Of a stretch of 34,975 bases of DNA, positions 9,201 through 19,977 are shown one piece after another. The notes below the pieces were generated by a model. It was not told where the DNA came from and did not search any database. It worked only from the letters and a program-made list of their open reading frames with translations. The position numbers were made by a program, and so were the translations under genes. Source of the stretch: Malacoraja senta (taxonomy: Eukaryota). How positions within the stretch are numbered: the first letter of the stretch is position 1; each line of letters starts with the position of its first letter. Location: positions 62,001 to 96,975 of the forward strand of contig JAXLNO010003381.1 of the NCBI GenBank assembly GCA_038087875.1, written 5' to 3'.

Positions 9201-10416
9201 GTCAGTGACTCAAAGGACCAACTCAGCCTTGCACAGCTTCACCACAGTGTCAACGGCTGAAGTGAGCAGCCCATGATTAACAAGAAGGATAAATACAATC
9301 AGCGAGTTTACTGGCGATCGCCGTGGATTATTGTTACTTACTATATAACAGCAGATATTCCCTCCCTCACACATTGTTCAAAAATCATCTTCGTTCCAAT
9401 CTCCACAGCCTGATCTTCCTCTCCTGGTGCTGTCCAGGAAGAGTACAGACCAGGTGGACTTTGCTACATCGGGAGAGGGCAGCATTCCTGCTGCCTGACT
9501 CGCTGAGTTACTCCAGCATTTTGTGACCATCTACAATCTTTCTCAGTTGTGAAAGTTTGAGTAGAGGGGAAACGTATCCTGTTGTCCGTAAAATCAGTCC
9601 CAGTACTTTGAGAAAGCGTGGCTGATCACATTCCAGTCCATTGATAAATACTCCTTGGCCCTGACTAAAGTCCCTCTGTCCTTAGTACACCCAGTGGCCC
9701 TACCATTGTGAATGTCTACCCTTATTTATTGCCAAAATCTAATAACTTCACACTTAGCACGGTTCAATACCTGCTGGCATTGCTCTGCCCAACATGCCAG
9801 TTGCTTCTTATCCCTCCGTGGTCTATGATTATTGTACTATCCAAAATGATACAATTTTGGTGTAATCTGTAAACTCGTTAATCATACTTCCAACATTAAC
9901 ATCTAAGGCCGGCAGATGGGACTAATGTAGATAAAGGCATCTTGGTCGGCGTGGGGAAATTGGGTCAAAGGACATGTTTTCATGCTCTATGTGTGGCCAC
10001 CAACATGAACATCTAAGTTGTTAATGTATGTAGTCATGGAACACCTCCAAGGAATGGGTGCATGTTGCGATATAAACATCTCACCAATGTCTACGCCACA
10101 ACCTTGGATCACACTGAATGATTCCGTGTGCAATATGATGAAAAGAAAATTCCCAGCGTTGATCTGTGATAAATCTATGTGGAAGTAATAATATTTCCTT
10201 GGATTTCCAGGTACATCATGTTGATTGTTTGCCGTGTTTGGGGTGTGTTACGCTGGGTACTCTTTGGAGTTCTGCTTCTCTTCCCGGTTTCCATCAGCTG
10301 TGTGACAACTTTTAAAAGGTAAAAGTTTGCAATCTCTTCACTCTGGTGTTCACATTAAATTCAATTGGAAATGATGGGAATTTACTTTAGAATTCTGGAG
10401 ATAAAGTGTGGACATA

Positions 10417-11837
10417 CAGTGCCCTCCATAATGTTTGGGACAAAGACCCATCATTTATTTATTTGCCTCTGTATTCCACAATTTGAGATTTGTAATAGAA
10501 AAAATCACGTGTGGTTCAAGTGCACATTGTCAAAGGTATTTTTACATATTTTGGTTCCACCATGTAGAAATTACAGCTGTGTTTATACATAGTCCCCCCA
10601 TTTCAGGGCACCATAATGTTTGGGACACATGGCTTCACAGGCGTTTGTAATTGCTCAGGTGTGCTTAATTGCCTCCTTAATGCAGGTATAAGAAAGCTCT
10701 CAGCACCTAGTCTTTTCTCCAGTCTTTCCATCACCTTTGGAAACGTTTATTGCCGTTTATCAACATGAGGACCAAAGTTGTGCCAATGAAAGTCAAAGAA
10801 GCCATTATGAGACTGAGAAACAAGAATAAAACAGTTAGAGACATCAAGTCAAACCTTAGGCTTACTGAAATCAACTGTTTGGAACATCATTAAGAAGAAA
10901 GAGACCACTGGTGAGCTCACTAATCGCAAAGGGACTGGCAGGCCAAGGTAGACCTCCACAGCTGATGATAAAGAAAAATATCATCTATAATAAAGAAAAA
11001 AAAACAAACACCCTGTCCGACAGATCAGAAACACTCTTCAGGAGTCAGGTGTGGATTTGTCAATGACCATTGTCCGCAGAAGACTTCATGAACAGAAATA
11101 CAGAGGTTACACTGCAAACCACTGGTTAGCCACAAAAATAGGATGGCCAGGTTACAGTTTGCCACAAAGTACTTAAAAGAGCAACCACAGTTCTGGAAAA
11201 AGATCTTGTGGACAGATAAGACAAAGATTAACATATCAGATTAATGGCAAGAGCAAAGTATGGAGAAGAGAAGGAACTGCCCAAGATCCAAAGCATACCT
11301 CCTCATCTGTGAAACACGGTGGTGGGGGTGTTATGGCCTGGGTATGTATCGCTGCTGAAGGTACTGACTCATGTATCTTCATTGATGATACAACTGCTGA
11401 TGGTGGTAGCATAATGAATTCTGAAGTGTATAGACACATCCTATCTGCTCAAGTTCAAACAAATGCCTCAAAACCCATAGGCCGGCTGTTCATTCTACAG
11501 GAAGACAATGATTCCAAACATATTGCAAAAGCAACAAAGGACTTTTTCAAAGCTAAAAAATGGTCAATTCTTGAGTGTCCATGTCATTCTGAACCCAATT
11601 GAGCATGCCTTTTATATGCTGAAGAGAAAACTGAAGGCGACTCTCCCCCAAAACAAGCATAAGCTAAAGATGGCTGCAATACAATATAAATACTGCTGTA
11701 AAAATGGCCTTTATTAATATTTGACAATGTGCACTTTAACCACATGTGCCTTTTTTCTATTACAAATGTCAAATTGTGGAGTACAGAGGCAAATAAATAA
11801 ATGATGGGTCTTTGTCCAAATATTATGGAGGGCGCTG
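10417..11837 (+). mobile_element. Tc1/mariner IR/DR-type transposon, defective
   Basis: TA|CAGTGCCCTCCATAAT ... ATTATGGAGGGCGCTG|TA with TA target duplication. About 210-bp IR with inner and outer ATAATGTTTGGGACA repeats. Frameshifted transposase from ATG 10765 (MRTKVVPMKVKEAI..., WTD, QEDND.KH, NPIEH). A 3' internal deletion removes the inner right DR. Confidence 0.93.
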
Positions 11838-11839
11838 TA

Positions 11840-12116
11840 GGCCCTACAGCCAAACAATTCCGCGCCGAGCAATGATCACCCCGTACACTCGCACTATCCT
11901 ACACACGAGGGACAATTTACAATTATACAGAGGCCAATTAACCTATAAAACAACACGTCATTGGATTGTGGTAAGAAACCGGAGCACCCGGATAAAACCC
12001 ACGCTATCACAGGCAGAACATACAAACTCCCTACAGACAGCACCGATAGTCATGATCAAACCCGGGTCTCTGGCGCTGAAAGGCAGCAACTCTACCGCTG
12101 CGCCACTGTGCCACCC
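11840..12116 (-). mobile_element. V-SINE (HE1-like) whose tail is split by the Tc1 insertion
   Basis: Paralog of 379-646. The remainder of its tail (AGATAAAGTGTGGACA) lies on the far side of the Tc1 at about 10399-10414. Confidence 0.75.
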
Positions 12117-12618
12117 AGGGTCATTTCCTCGGGTAGAATTTGATGATAGTGATTATAAACTGCGTTTTAATTGTTATTCAAGGAAAAAAACAGCCGAGAT
12201 CTTGGAGATGGGGTCGGCAGCGGTGGAGGGAGGAGAGGAACAGCGCCGGTGAGCTGGCTGGGTAAGGCCTCACCTCGCATGGAGACGGCGTGGGAGGCGA
12301 GGGGAAAAGGGTGCGTTGGTGGGTCGAGGTGTGTGCGGAGTGCGAGTGGGCTGCTGGAGGCCCTGCAGCAGCCCGTGGATCGGGTGCCGCTGGAGGTCCC
12401 ACAGAGGTCAGGGACGAGCGCGCGGATCGGACACGGCCTGCAGCGGCACGGAGCGGCGGTGGAGGCACCAACAACATCGCCAGGCCAGGCCGACCCCTGC
12501 AACTCCCACCCACTGCCGTCTCCATGACAACGGGCCTTTAAACCCAAAATAAGACTCTACTTTTTTACCAATTTGATCTTTAAGAATATAAAATACCGCC
12601 AGAAATGTGGCAACTCTT

Positions 12619-13131
12619 TATTTTTATTTTATTAGAAGTAAGTACAATTGCATACAATCATATTTTCATAATACCTTTTATGTACAGCTTCTTATTTAAA
12701 TTTTTTTTTGTAATAAAGAAGAAAAAGAGAAAAGTTAGATAATGAAAAATAGAAAAATGTGAGATATATAGTGTGTGAAAAAGAAAAATAGAGAGTGAAA
12801 AAAGAAAGTTGAGACATAGAAAATAGAAGAAAGAGAGTAAAAGAAGAAAAGAGAAGAAAAGAAAATAGAAGTAAGGAGATCATTTATAATCTTGACCATC
12901 CGCAGTCACGGATTAGCTTTTACACTTGTGTTGCACCATATGTTTCCAAAAAGACGACAAATGGAGACCAACTCGTTATGAATTGGTCAAATTTATCTAT
13001 TAGGAGGAATCGCATTTCCTCAAGATGTGCGGTATCCAACATACTTGCAATCCACATTTTGAGCGTTGGTATTGGTGTATTTTTCCAAAATTTCAATATT
13101 AATTTTTTTGCTATTATTAAACCATAATTAA
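12619..13131 (-). mobile_element. 5'-truncated L1/Tx1-type LINE, 7-bp TSD AACTCTT
   Basis: Minus-strand ORF2 C-terminus (IIAKKLILKFWKN...MWIASMLDTAHLEEMRF...FDQFITSWSPF), pyrimidine-rich 3' UTR and A-rich tail. AACTCTT at 12612-12618 and 13132-13138. A single-copy empty site lies at 1133-1139. Confidence 0.85.
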
Positions 13132-13373
13132 AACTCTTGTGTACTGTATCATATAATCTGCTATTAATACACGTGTTTTTAGCTTCGACTGTGCTTATAT
13201 AAAGGAAGATTTTTACTGAATTCTGTGCAAAAGAAATTTCACTGTACCCATGTACATGAGACAATAAAGTACCATTGAACAATGGGGATATAAAAACGAT
13301 TAAATGATTACAAGTATTGAACTGTGGACACGCGTTAGAAGAATAAGATAAAAATTAAGTGTAATCGTTATAT

Positions 13374-13599
13374 TGTAGCGGCGCCACCTAGCGCACGCAG
13401 ATATCGAACCCGGCGTTCGGAAGCCGCGGTCACGTGATCCGGGAGAGGCCGTTGTTTTCGCGCGGTTTTCCCTTGGCGCGAGTTAGTTGAATGCTAACCA
13501 CCGATGTGGTCAGACGTGTTTGACAAACCTGTGTACTGCAACTTACTTTCGAATAAAGTTTTGGTTGAAACTCCAGTAGTCGTTTATCAAACCGCTAAA
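13374..13599 (+). repeat. Gypsy 5' LTR
   Basis: TGTAGCGG...CCGCTAAA. Contains E-box GTCACGTGAT and AATAAA. 221/226 identical to the 3' LTR. Confidence 0.95.
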
Positions 13600-13600
13600 T

Positions 13601-13618
13601 TGGTGACCCCGACGTGAT
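13601..13618 (+). promoter_or_regulatory. Primer binding site complementary to the tRNA-Trp 3' end
   Basis: TGGTGACCCCGACGTGAT is the reverse complement of the vertebrate tRNA-Trp 3' 18 nt (ATCACGTCGGGGTCACCA, from memory). It begins 1 nt after the LTR. Confidence 0.9.
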
Positions 13619-13641
13619 AGCCGTCGTTAGACAGAAGAATT

Positions 13642-14382
13642 ATGCAGGAAGAAGGTCCCTCTGCAGAATCGGCCAGCACGAGGCAAGGCTCACCGGCTTT
13701 CAAACTGCCCGCCTTTTGGACTGATCAACCTCAAGTATGGTTCGCCATTGTGGAAGCGCAATTCCACCTTCATCGTATCGACCACGATGAGACCATGTAT
13801 TTTCATGTGGTAGGAGCGTTACCGCAGGACTGTGCCTCGAGGCTGTTGCCCTTTATCAGAGACCCTCCGTCCAGCGGCAAGTACGAAGGGTTGAAGGCCC
13901 TGTTGTTTCACGCTTATGGTCTGACCCGTAGAGACCGGGCGGCAAGACTGCTGCACATGGACTGCATCGGCGACCGAAGGCCATCGACGATCATGGCCAA
14001 GATGTTGGCCCTGATGGACGTGCATCGACCCTGTTTGCTTTTCGAACAGGCGTTCTTAGAGCAGATGCCTGACGAAGTGCAGCTGATGTTAACAGGAGCT
14101 GATTTCATTGACCCGCAGCGGCTCGCAGAAAGAGCAGATGAGCTCTGGGCGCTCAGACGGCGGGAAGTACACGCCGTCGCCCGCCCCATAGTCACACAAC
14201 ATGTGCAGCCGCTCCGACAACGAGAGGAAGAGACTCAGCCCAGCGTCGAAGACGAAGCGTCGCGGACATCGACCTACTGCCAACGGAGATGGTGCTACTA
14301 CCACCAGCGATACGGGCTCGGAGCCCAAAGATGCCGAAGCCCTTGTGCGTTTCCGGGAAACGCCTCCGCCGATCGTCCATAG
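13642..14382 (+). CDS. gag: Gypsy Gag (246 aa, uninterrupted)
   Basis: N-terminal FKLPAFWTDQPQVWFAIVEAQF. C-terminal C-x2-H-x9-C-x3-C (CYYHQRYGLGAQRCRSPC). Confidence 0.9.
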   Translation: MQEEGPSAESASTRQGSPAFKLPAFWTDQPQVWFAIVEAQFHLHRIDHDETMYFHVVGALPQDCASRLLPFIRDPPSSGKYEGLKALLFHAYGLTRRDRAARLLHMDCIGDRRPSTIMAKMLALMDVHRPCLLFEQAFLEQMPDEVQLMLTGADFIDPQRLAERADELWALRRREVHAVARPIVTQHVQPLRQREEETQPSVEDEASRTSTYCQRRWCYYHQRYGLGAQRCRSPCAFPGNASADRP

Positions 14383-17300
14383 AGGCGAACGCGATCGGCC
14401 CAAACACACGCCTATTCGTCCGTGATCGCCATGCCGGTTACCGTTTCCTGGTAGATTCAGGTGCGCATGTCAGTATCCTGCCTCCACAACACCCGGGACC
14501 TCCGTGCGGGTAAGGTGGGACCTGTGCTCTCGGCCGTAAACGGGAGCGATATTCGCACCTACGGTACGCGGACCGCAAAACTAAATTTCGACTCCCACCA
14601 GTACAGGTGGAAGTTTATCGTTGCTGACGTCGCCCAACCGATCCTGAGCGTCGATTTCTTGCGCGCGTTCTCCCTGTTAGTCGACGTACGGGGTGATCCC
14701 TGCGTCGGGCCCACGCCCTGACACACCGCGCAACCCGTCAACGCCCTCGCAGCAACTATCCGAGGTAGCTGAGATCCAGAAACCTTTCACGACCCTGCTC
14801 GCCGATTTTCCAGGGTTACTCACGCCCCGGTTCGACGGGGCCGCGCCCCGTCATGGCGTAGTCCATCACATTCCCACCGAGGGTCCACCAGTGCACGCCC
14901 GCGCGCGCTGTCTCCCGCCCGATAAACTGCGCATCGCGCGGGACGAGTTCCAGCTCATGGAGGACATGGGAATTGTCCGGCGGTCGGATAGCCCATGGGC
15001 TTCCCCGTTACACATGGTACCTAAAGCGTCCGGGGGTTGGAGGCCTGGCGGCAAATATCGACGTCTAAACGCAATAACCACGGATGACCGGTATCCGGTC
15101 CCGAACATTCAGGATTTCTCGGCCCATTTGGAAGGGGCGACCGTCTTCTCGAAAGTCGACCTCATCCGTGGGTATAACCAAATCCCGGTCCACCCTGACG
15201 ACATCCCTAAGACGGCCACCATTACCCCGTTCGGCCTTTTCGAGTGGCTCAGAATGCCTTTTGGCCTGAAGAACGCAGCCCAGGCATTCCAAAGGTTAAT
15301 GGATCAGGTCGGCCGGGGTTTGCCATTCGTTTTCATCTACCTGGATGACATCCTGGTAGCCAGCCGCTCGGAGGCAGAACATACCAAACACCTCCGCTTA
15401 CTTTTCGAACGGCTGCACGAACACGGGTTGGTAATCAATCCCGAGAAGTGCCAGTTCGGGCTGCGCTCTATCTCGTTCTTGGGGCATAGTATCACTTCCC
15501 AGGGAGCGCAACCCCTGCCCGAGAAAGTTGACGCCATTCGGCAATTCCCCCGGCCATTGTCGTTTAAGGGTCTCCAGGAGTTTATCAGGATGGTTAACTT
15601 CTATCACCGTTTCGTCCCGTCGGCAGCCGCCATCTTGCGGCCGCTATTCCAATGCCTGGCTGGTAAGCCCAAGGACCTAGTTTGGTCTAAGGAGGCACAG
15701 AAAGCTTTTGAAGGGTCCAAGACGGCGTTGGCCAACGCCACAATGCTAGTACACCTCAGGGCTTCGGCCCAATCGGCACTAACCGTAGACGCCTCCGATG
15801 TCGCGGTGGGGGCCGTCCTTGAGCAGCGGGTAGGCAGTCGCTGGGTGCCGCTGCCGTTTTTCAGCAAGCAACTGCGAGCCCCGGAAATTAAATACAGCGC
15901 TTTCGGCAGGGAGCTCCTTGCGCTTTACCTAGCAATCCGCCATTGCCGCTATTTCCTAGAATGGCGAGCTTTCACCGCATTCACCGATCACAAGCCACTG
16001 ACGTTCGCTTTGACCAAGGTTTCCGATCCATGGTCTGCTAGGCAGCAACGGCACCTTGCCTACATTTCGGAATTCACGTTCGACATTCGACATGTGGCAG
16101 GAAAGCTGAATGTCGTGGCCGACACATTATCTCGTCCAGCGCTGCCCGAGGTCTCTGCGCTCAGTCTGGGTATCGATTACCAGGAGTTGGCCGCTGCCCA
16201 ACGGGTATGGGGATTTACCACAAAACTGAATCTGGAGTGAAGCTGGTTGAAGTGCCTTGTGGCGCCTCCAGCGCGTGGGTCCTTTGTGATGTTTCCACCG
16301 GTAAAGCCCGACCAATTGTCCCGGTCGCTTGGCGATGCCGGGTCTTCGACACCATCCATAGTTTAGCGCACCCATCAATTCGCGCTACCTCTGCCCTAGT
16401 CGCTGCGAAGTACGTCTGGCATGGCTTGAGGAAGCAAGTCGCTGCATGGGCTCGTTCCTGTATCCCATGCCAGACCTCCAAAGTGCAGAGACATGTACAC
16501 CCGCCGGTCCAGGATTTCGATGTCCCGGACGGCCGGTTCCTGCACATCCATGTAGACCTGGTAGGTCTCCTACCTTGTTCGCGCGGGGCTACCCACTTAC
16601 TGACTATCGTGGACAGGTTTACCAGGTGGGCAGAGGCCATCCCGTTAGCGGATACCTCCGCCGAGGCATGCGCGAGGGCCATTGTCTCGAATTGGGTCGA
16701 CCGTTTCGGGGTCCCCTCACATATAATGACAGACCGCGGGGCCCAGTTCACATCTTCCCTATGGGGCAGTATGGCGCAGATGTACGGTGCCACGTTACAT
16801 CAAACTACTGCTTACCACCCTGAGTCTAATGGGCTGGTCGAGCGATTCCACAGACATCTTAAGTCGGCGTTAAAGGCACGACTCACCGGCCCTGATTGGG
16901 TCGACCAGTTACCTTGGGTCCTCCTGGGCATCAGGACAACGCCCAAGGAAGACCTCAAAGCATCCTCGGCCGAGTTAGTTTATGGCTCGGTTTTGCGGGT
17001 TCCAGGGGATTTCTTGCCTACCCCCCGGGATCAGGAGAATGCCACCTCGCAGGTGTTGGAGGACCTTCACGAGCGGGCGCGCACTTTGGTCCCAGTCCCA
17101 ACTTCCCGGCACGGTTCATCTTCGGTTCATGTGCCTTCTGTGTTACGGGATTGTTTTTCTCCGTAGAGACGCTCATCGCTCGCCGTTACAGCGGGTGTAC
17201 GAGGGTCCGTACAAGGTGCTCAATGCGGGGGTTTCAACATTCACTTTGGACATGGGCGGCAGAGAGGAGTTTGTTTCTGTAAGCCGCCTCAAGCCTGCAC

Positions 17301-17570
17301 ATGTCGACGAGGATAGCCCAGTGACAGTGGCTACCCCACGGCGTAGAGGACGTCCACCTGCCGTTTTGACACCTTCAACACCCGTTCCCTCCGATCGCGT
17401 TTCTCTGTTCCCCTTTGTTACGCCCGTCCCTCGGTTGCGTTTTTCGCGTCCCTCCGGTCCTGTTGTGCCGGTCCCAAATGTTACGCTCGCCCCACAACCT
17501 CGGACTACACGTTCCGGTCGCACCGTCCGTTTACCCGTGCGTTTCCGTACCGCGGATTTTGGGGGGGGCC
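14355..17570 (+). pseudogene. pol: Gypsy Pol (protease, RT, RNase H, integrase with GPY/F) broken by 4 frameshifts
   Basis: PR FLVDSGA; RT PFGLKNA...YLDD; RNase H DAS, ELLA, TDHKPL, ADTLSR; IN HHCC, VDLVG, TDRGAQF, GLVERFH, YEGPYKV. Spread over ORF-track pieces 14289-14513, 14461-14721, 14693-16240, 16207-17166 and 16982-17635. Confidence 0.93.
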
Positions 17571-17571
17571 A

Positions 17572-17797
17572 TGTAGCGGCGCCACCTAGCGCACGCAGAT
17601 ATCGAACCCGGTGTTCGGAAGCCGCGGTCACGTGATCCGGGAGGGGCCGTTGTTTTTGCGCGGTTTTCCCTTGGCGCGAGTTAGTTGAATGCTGACCACC
17701 GATGTGGTCAGACATGTTTGACAAACCTGTGTACTGCAACTTACTTTCGAATAAAGTTTTGGTTGAAACTCCAGTAGTCGTTTATCAAACCGCTAAA
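17572..17797 (+). repeat. Gypsy 3' LTR preceded by polypurine tract (17561-17568)
   Basis: Direct repeat of 13374-13599, followed by the ATAT TSD. Confidence 0.95.
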
Positions 17798-17949
17798 ATA
17801 TCAATATTGTTATTCTGCTGGAATGACGCCCAATAATCATCGTTTAGCTTATCAGGGCCAGAGTGTTCACCAGTTGGAGATGTACAAATCTCATCACCTT
17901 GATCCTACAGCATCACCACACCACACCTGTGTCCAATTTAACTTGACCA

Positions 17950-18520
17950 CTAGAGGAGGAATTTCTTTAGCCAGAGGGTGATGAATCTGTGGAATTCATT
18001 GTCACAGACGGCTGTGGAGGCCAAGTCAATGGGTATTTTCAAAGTGGAGATTGATTGGGTTTACTCAGGGTGTCAAAGGTTGAGGGGAGAAGGCAGGAGA
18101 ATGGGTTGGAGGGGGAAAGATAGATCATCCATGATTGAATGGTGTAGACTCAATGGAGCAAATGGCCGAATTCTGCACCTATGTTTGCAGACACATCCTG
18201 ATATTCACCCAAAAGACAGCAGTACGTAGACTAGAACTCAAAGCTGGTTCTCCAGAGTGTGAACTTTTAATTTTGTTACCAATTGAATTTTTTGTAAAAC
18301 CCTGCAACATTGAATAATGAATAAAATAATCCAATGTAATAAAAGATGCTGAATTTTTGTCATATGGTCATGTAATAAGAGTAGCATTGGGCCATTCGGC
18401 CCATCAAGTCTCCTCCGCCATACAATCATGGCTGATCTATCTCTCCCTCCTAACCCCATTCTCCAGCATTCCCTCCATAATCTCTGACCTCTATGTACTA
18501 ATTAAGAATCTATCTGGTGT
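17950..18520. mobile_element. Cluster of CR1-type LINE 3' fragments in both orientations
   Basis: About 17950-18185 (+) reads like NLWNSLSQTAVEAKSMGIFK.EID. About 18380-18500 is the reverse complement of a similar tail. The block is absent from the paralogous position near 1430. Confidence 0.6.
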
Positions 18521-19113
18521 TTATCTGGTGACGTGAGTGGACTTACCTGATCACGTTTGGCGTTGTCTAATTTCTCCTGGGTAACGTTTCAACACATGAG
18601 AAGCTGAGGAAGGCTGGACAAATTAGTGACGCGCATTTGGAGGTGGGTAAACAGTTCACAAGGTCACACGTTCCAGGAGTAGAATTTGGCCATTCGGCCC
18701 ATCGAGTCTACTCCGCCATTCAAACATGGCTGATCTCTGCCTCCTAATCCCATACAAGTTCAGACACAGTGTGCCCGCATTTGGGGGAGGGGTTGACGGG
18801 GTGGGCAAGGGAATGTTTGCGGTGGTGGACAGAGCGCCAGTCAAGTGGGCAAATGTCACCAGGATGAACCAGAGCTTCGAGGAGATGCTCCAATCCAGGC
18901 AACTGGAGAGCATTGCAGCCAACTCCTGATAGGTGCATTGTCCGTGGTGAGGAGGCTGGGGGAGGTGGCAAGTGAGTCACCAAGTTAGTCTCGAACCACT
19001 GCAAAGTCGTTTCCTGAGTAAACGGAAATTGACTGTTTGACTTCTGTTGTGAATGAGGAAGAGGACAACTCAAACGCAGTGCAGGGACCAAACCGATCCA
19101 ACGCAGCCGAGAC

Positions 19114-19210
19114 ATGGCGGTGGGACAGGGAGAATTCACCCACCAGAAACGGCCCAGATCCAGGGGAACAGTCGCTCTGCTGGTTCTTGTCGCTGTTGGT
19201 CTCACATCAG
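19114..19210 (+). CDS. Gene B exon 1: signal peptide
   Basis: 94/97 nt identical to 1557-1653. Encodes MAVGQGEFTHQKRPRSRGTVALLVLVAVGLTS(G). Phase-1 donor CAG|GTAAAT. Confidence 0.85.
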
Positions 19211-19469
19211 GTAAATCGTTGTTTTACAAAATGCTCTGTTCTTTAGAATTATTTACCAGCGCCTTGAATTATTTGTAACCAAGGACTTCTCTGTACTGTG
19301 TGGGGAGCTGATGATAAATTGCTCAACACTCGTTAGTTCCTGTAGAGACTTCCATCAGCGGTTGTTGTCGTGATGTGTGCAGCCAAATTGCACACAGCTA
19401 GCTCCCTGTGGAGAAGGGAGATAACTACCGACAGCTGGCCTTGTGGACCTCATTGAAACTTACTGAATA

Positions 19470-19705
19470 ATGCAATGCCTGGATAGAGTGGATGGGGTGA
19501 GGATGTTTCCACTAGTGGGAGAGTTTCGGACCAGAGGTCGCAGCCTGAGAATTAAAGGGCGTTCCTTTAGGAAGGAGATGAGGAGGAATTTCTTTAGTCA
19601 GAAGGTGGTGAAACTGTGGAATTCATTGCCACAGAAGGCTGTGAAGGCCTTCAATAGATATTTCTAAGGCAGAGATGGATCGATTCTTGATCAGTACGGG
19701 TGTCG
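19470..19705 (+). mobile_element. CR1-type LINE ORF2 C-terminal fragment
   Basis: Encodes CLDRVDGVRMFPLVGEFRTRGRSLRIKGRSFRKEMRRNFFSQKVVKLWNSLP. A shorter paralog lies at about 1945-2030. Confidence 0.8.
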
Positions 19706-19977
19706 TTCGCTCACGGCGGCGCTCCCTCCCCTCCAGTCACCGTGCTTCACGCACACAGACCCGGCTCCACCCCTCTCTCTCCCCGGGGAGACGCGGTGAA
19801 AAATACACGGAGGGCTGGGCAGGGGGTTTGAGCAACGTTTACAAACATCGGCCTCAGCTCACACCCGGACCCCAGCATCAGCTCCCGCCGCTGGCCCTCT
19901 CCCTCCCTTCTCTCCTTCCCTCTTCCCTTCCTCCCTTCTTTCCTTCCCTCCCTCCTTCCTCTCTCTTTTCCCTTCTC

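Larger units (their letters stand above)
13374..17797 (+). mobile_element. Full-length Ty3/Gypsy LTR retrotransposon, CsRn1-like clade, pol frameshifted
   Basis: 226-bp LTRs (5 transitions between them), ATAT TSD (13370-13373 and 17798-17801; empty site at 1381-1384), tRNA-Trp PBS, CHCC-type gag, domain order PR-RT-RH-IN, G8 PPT. Confidence 0.97.

Noticed and set aside
10034-10121. Possible terminal cytoplasmic exon HGTPPRNGCMLRYKHLTNVYATTLDHTE* with an ITIM-like LRYKHL
   Set aside because: Weak polypyrimidine tract, no paralog in the window and no intact TM exon upstream. A six-residue degenerate motif is easily matched by chance.
11812-12552. Multiple 80-146 aa ORFs in the ORF track (also 491-1154)
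   Set aside because: They span SINE and GC-rich sequence in all frames, start at non-ATG codons or lack context, and have no domain motifs.
12692-12883. Hydrophobic 63-aa minus-strand ORF resembling a membrane protein
   Set aside because: It is the low-complexity pyrimidine-rich 3' UTR of the L1 insertion.
16215-17739. Long antisense ORFs (192 aa and 188 aa) over the Gypsy integrase and 3' end
   Set aside because: Expected shadows of GC-rich coding sequence, with no promoter, Kozak or motif support.
18539-18550. ACTTACCTG resembling the U1 snRNA 5' end
   Set aside because: Only 9 nt match and no U1 body follows. It is equally a chance antisense splice-donor motif.
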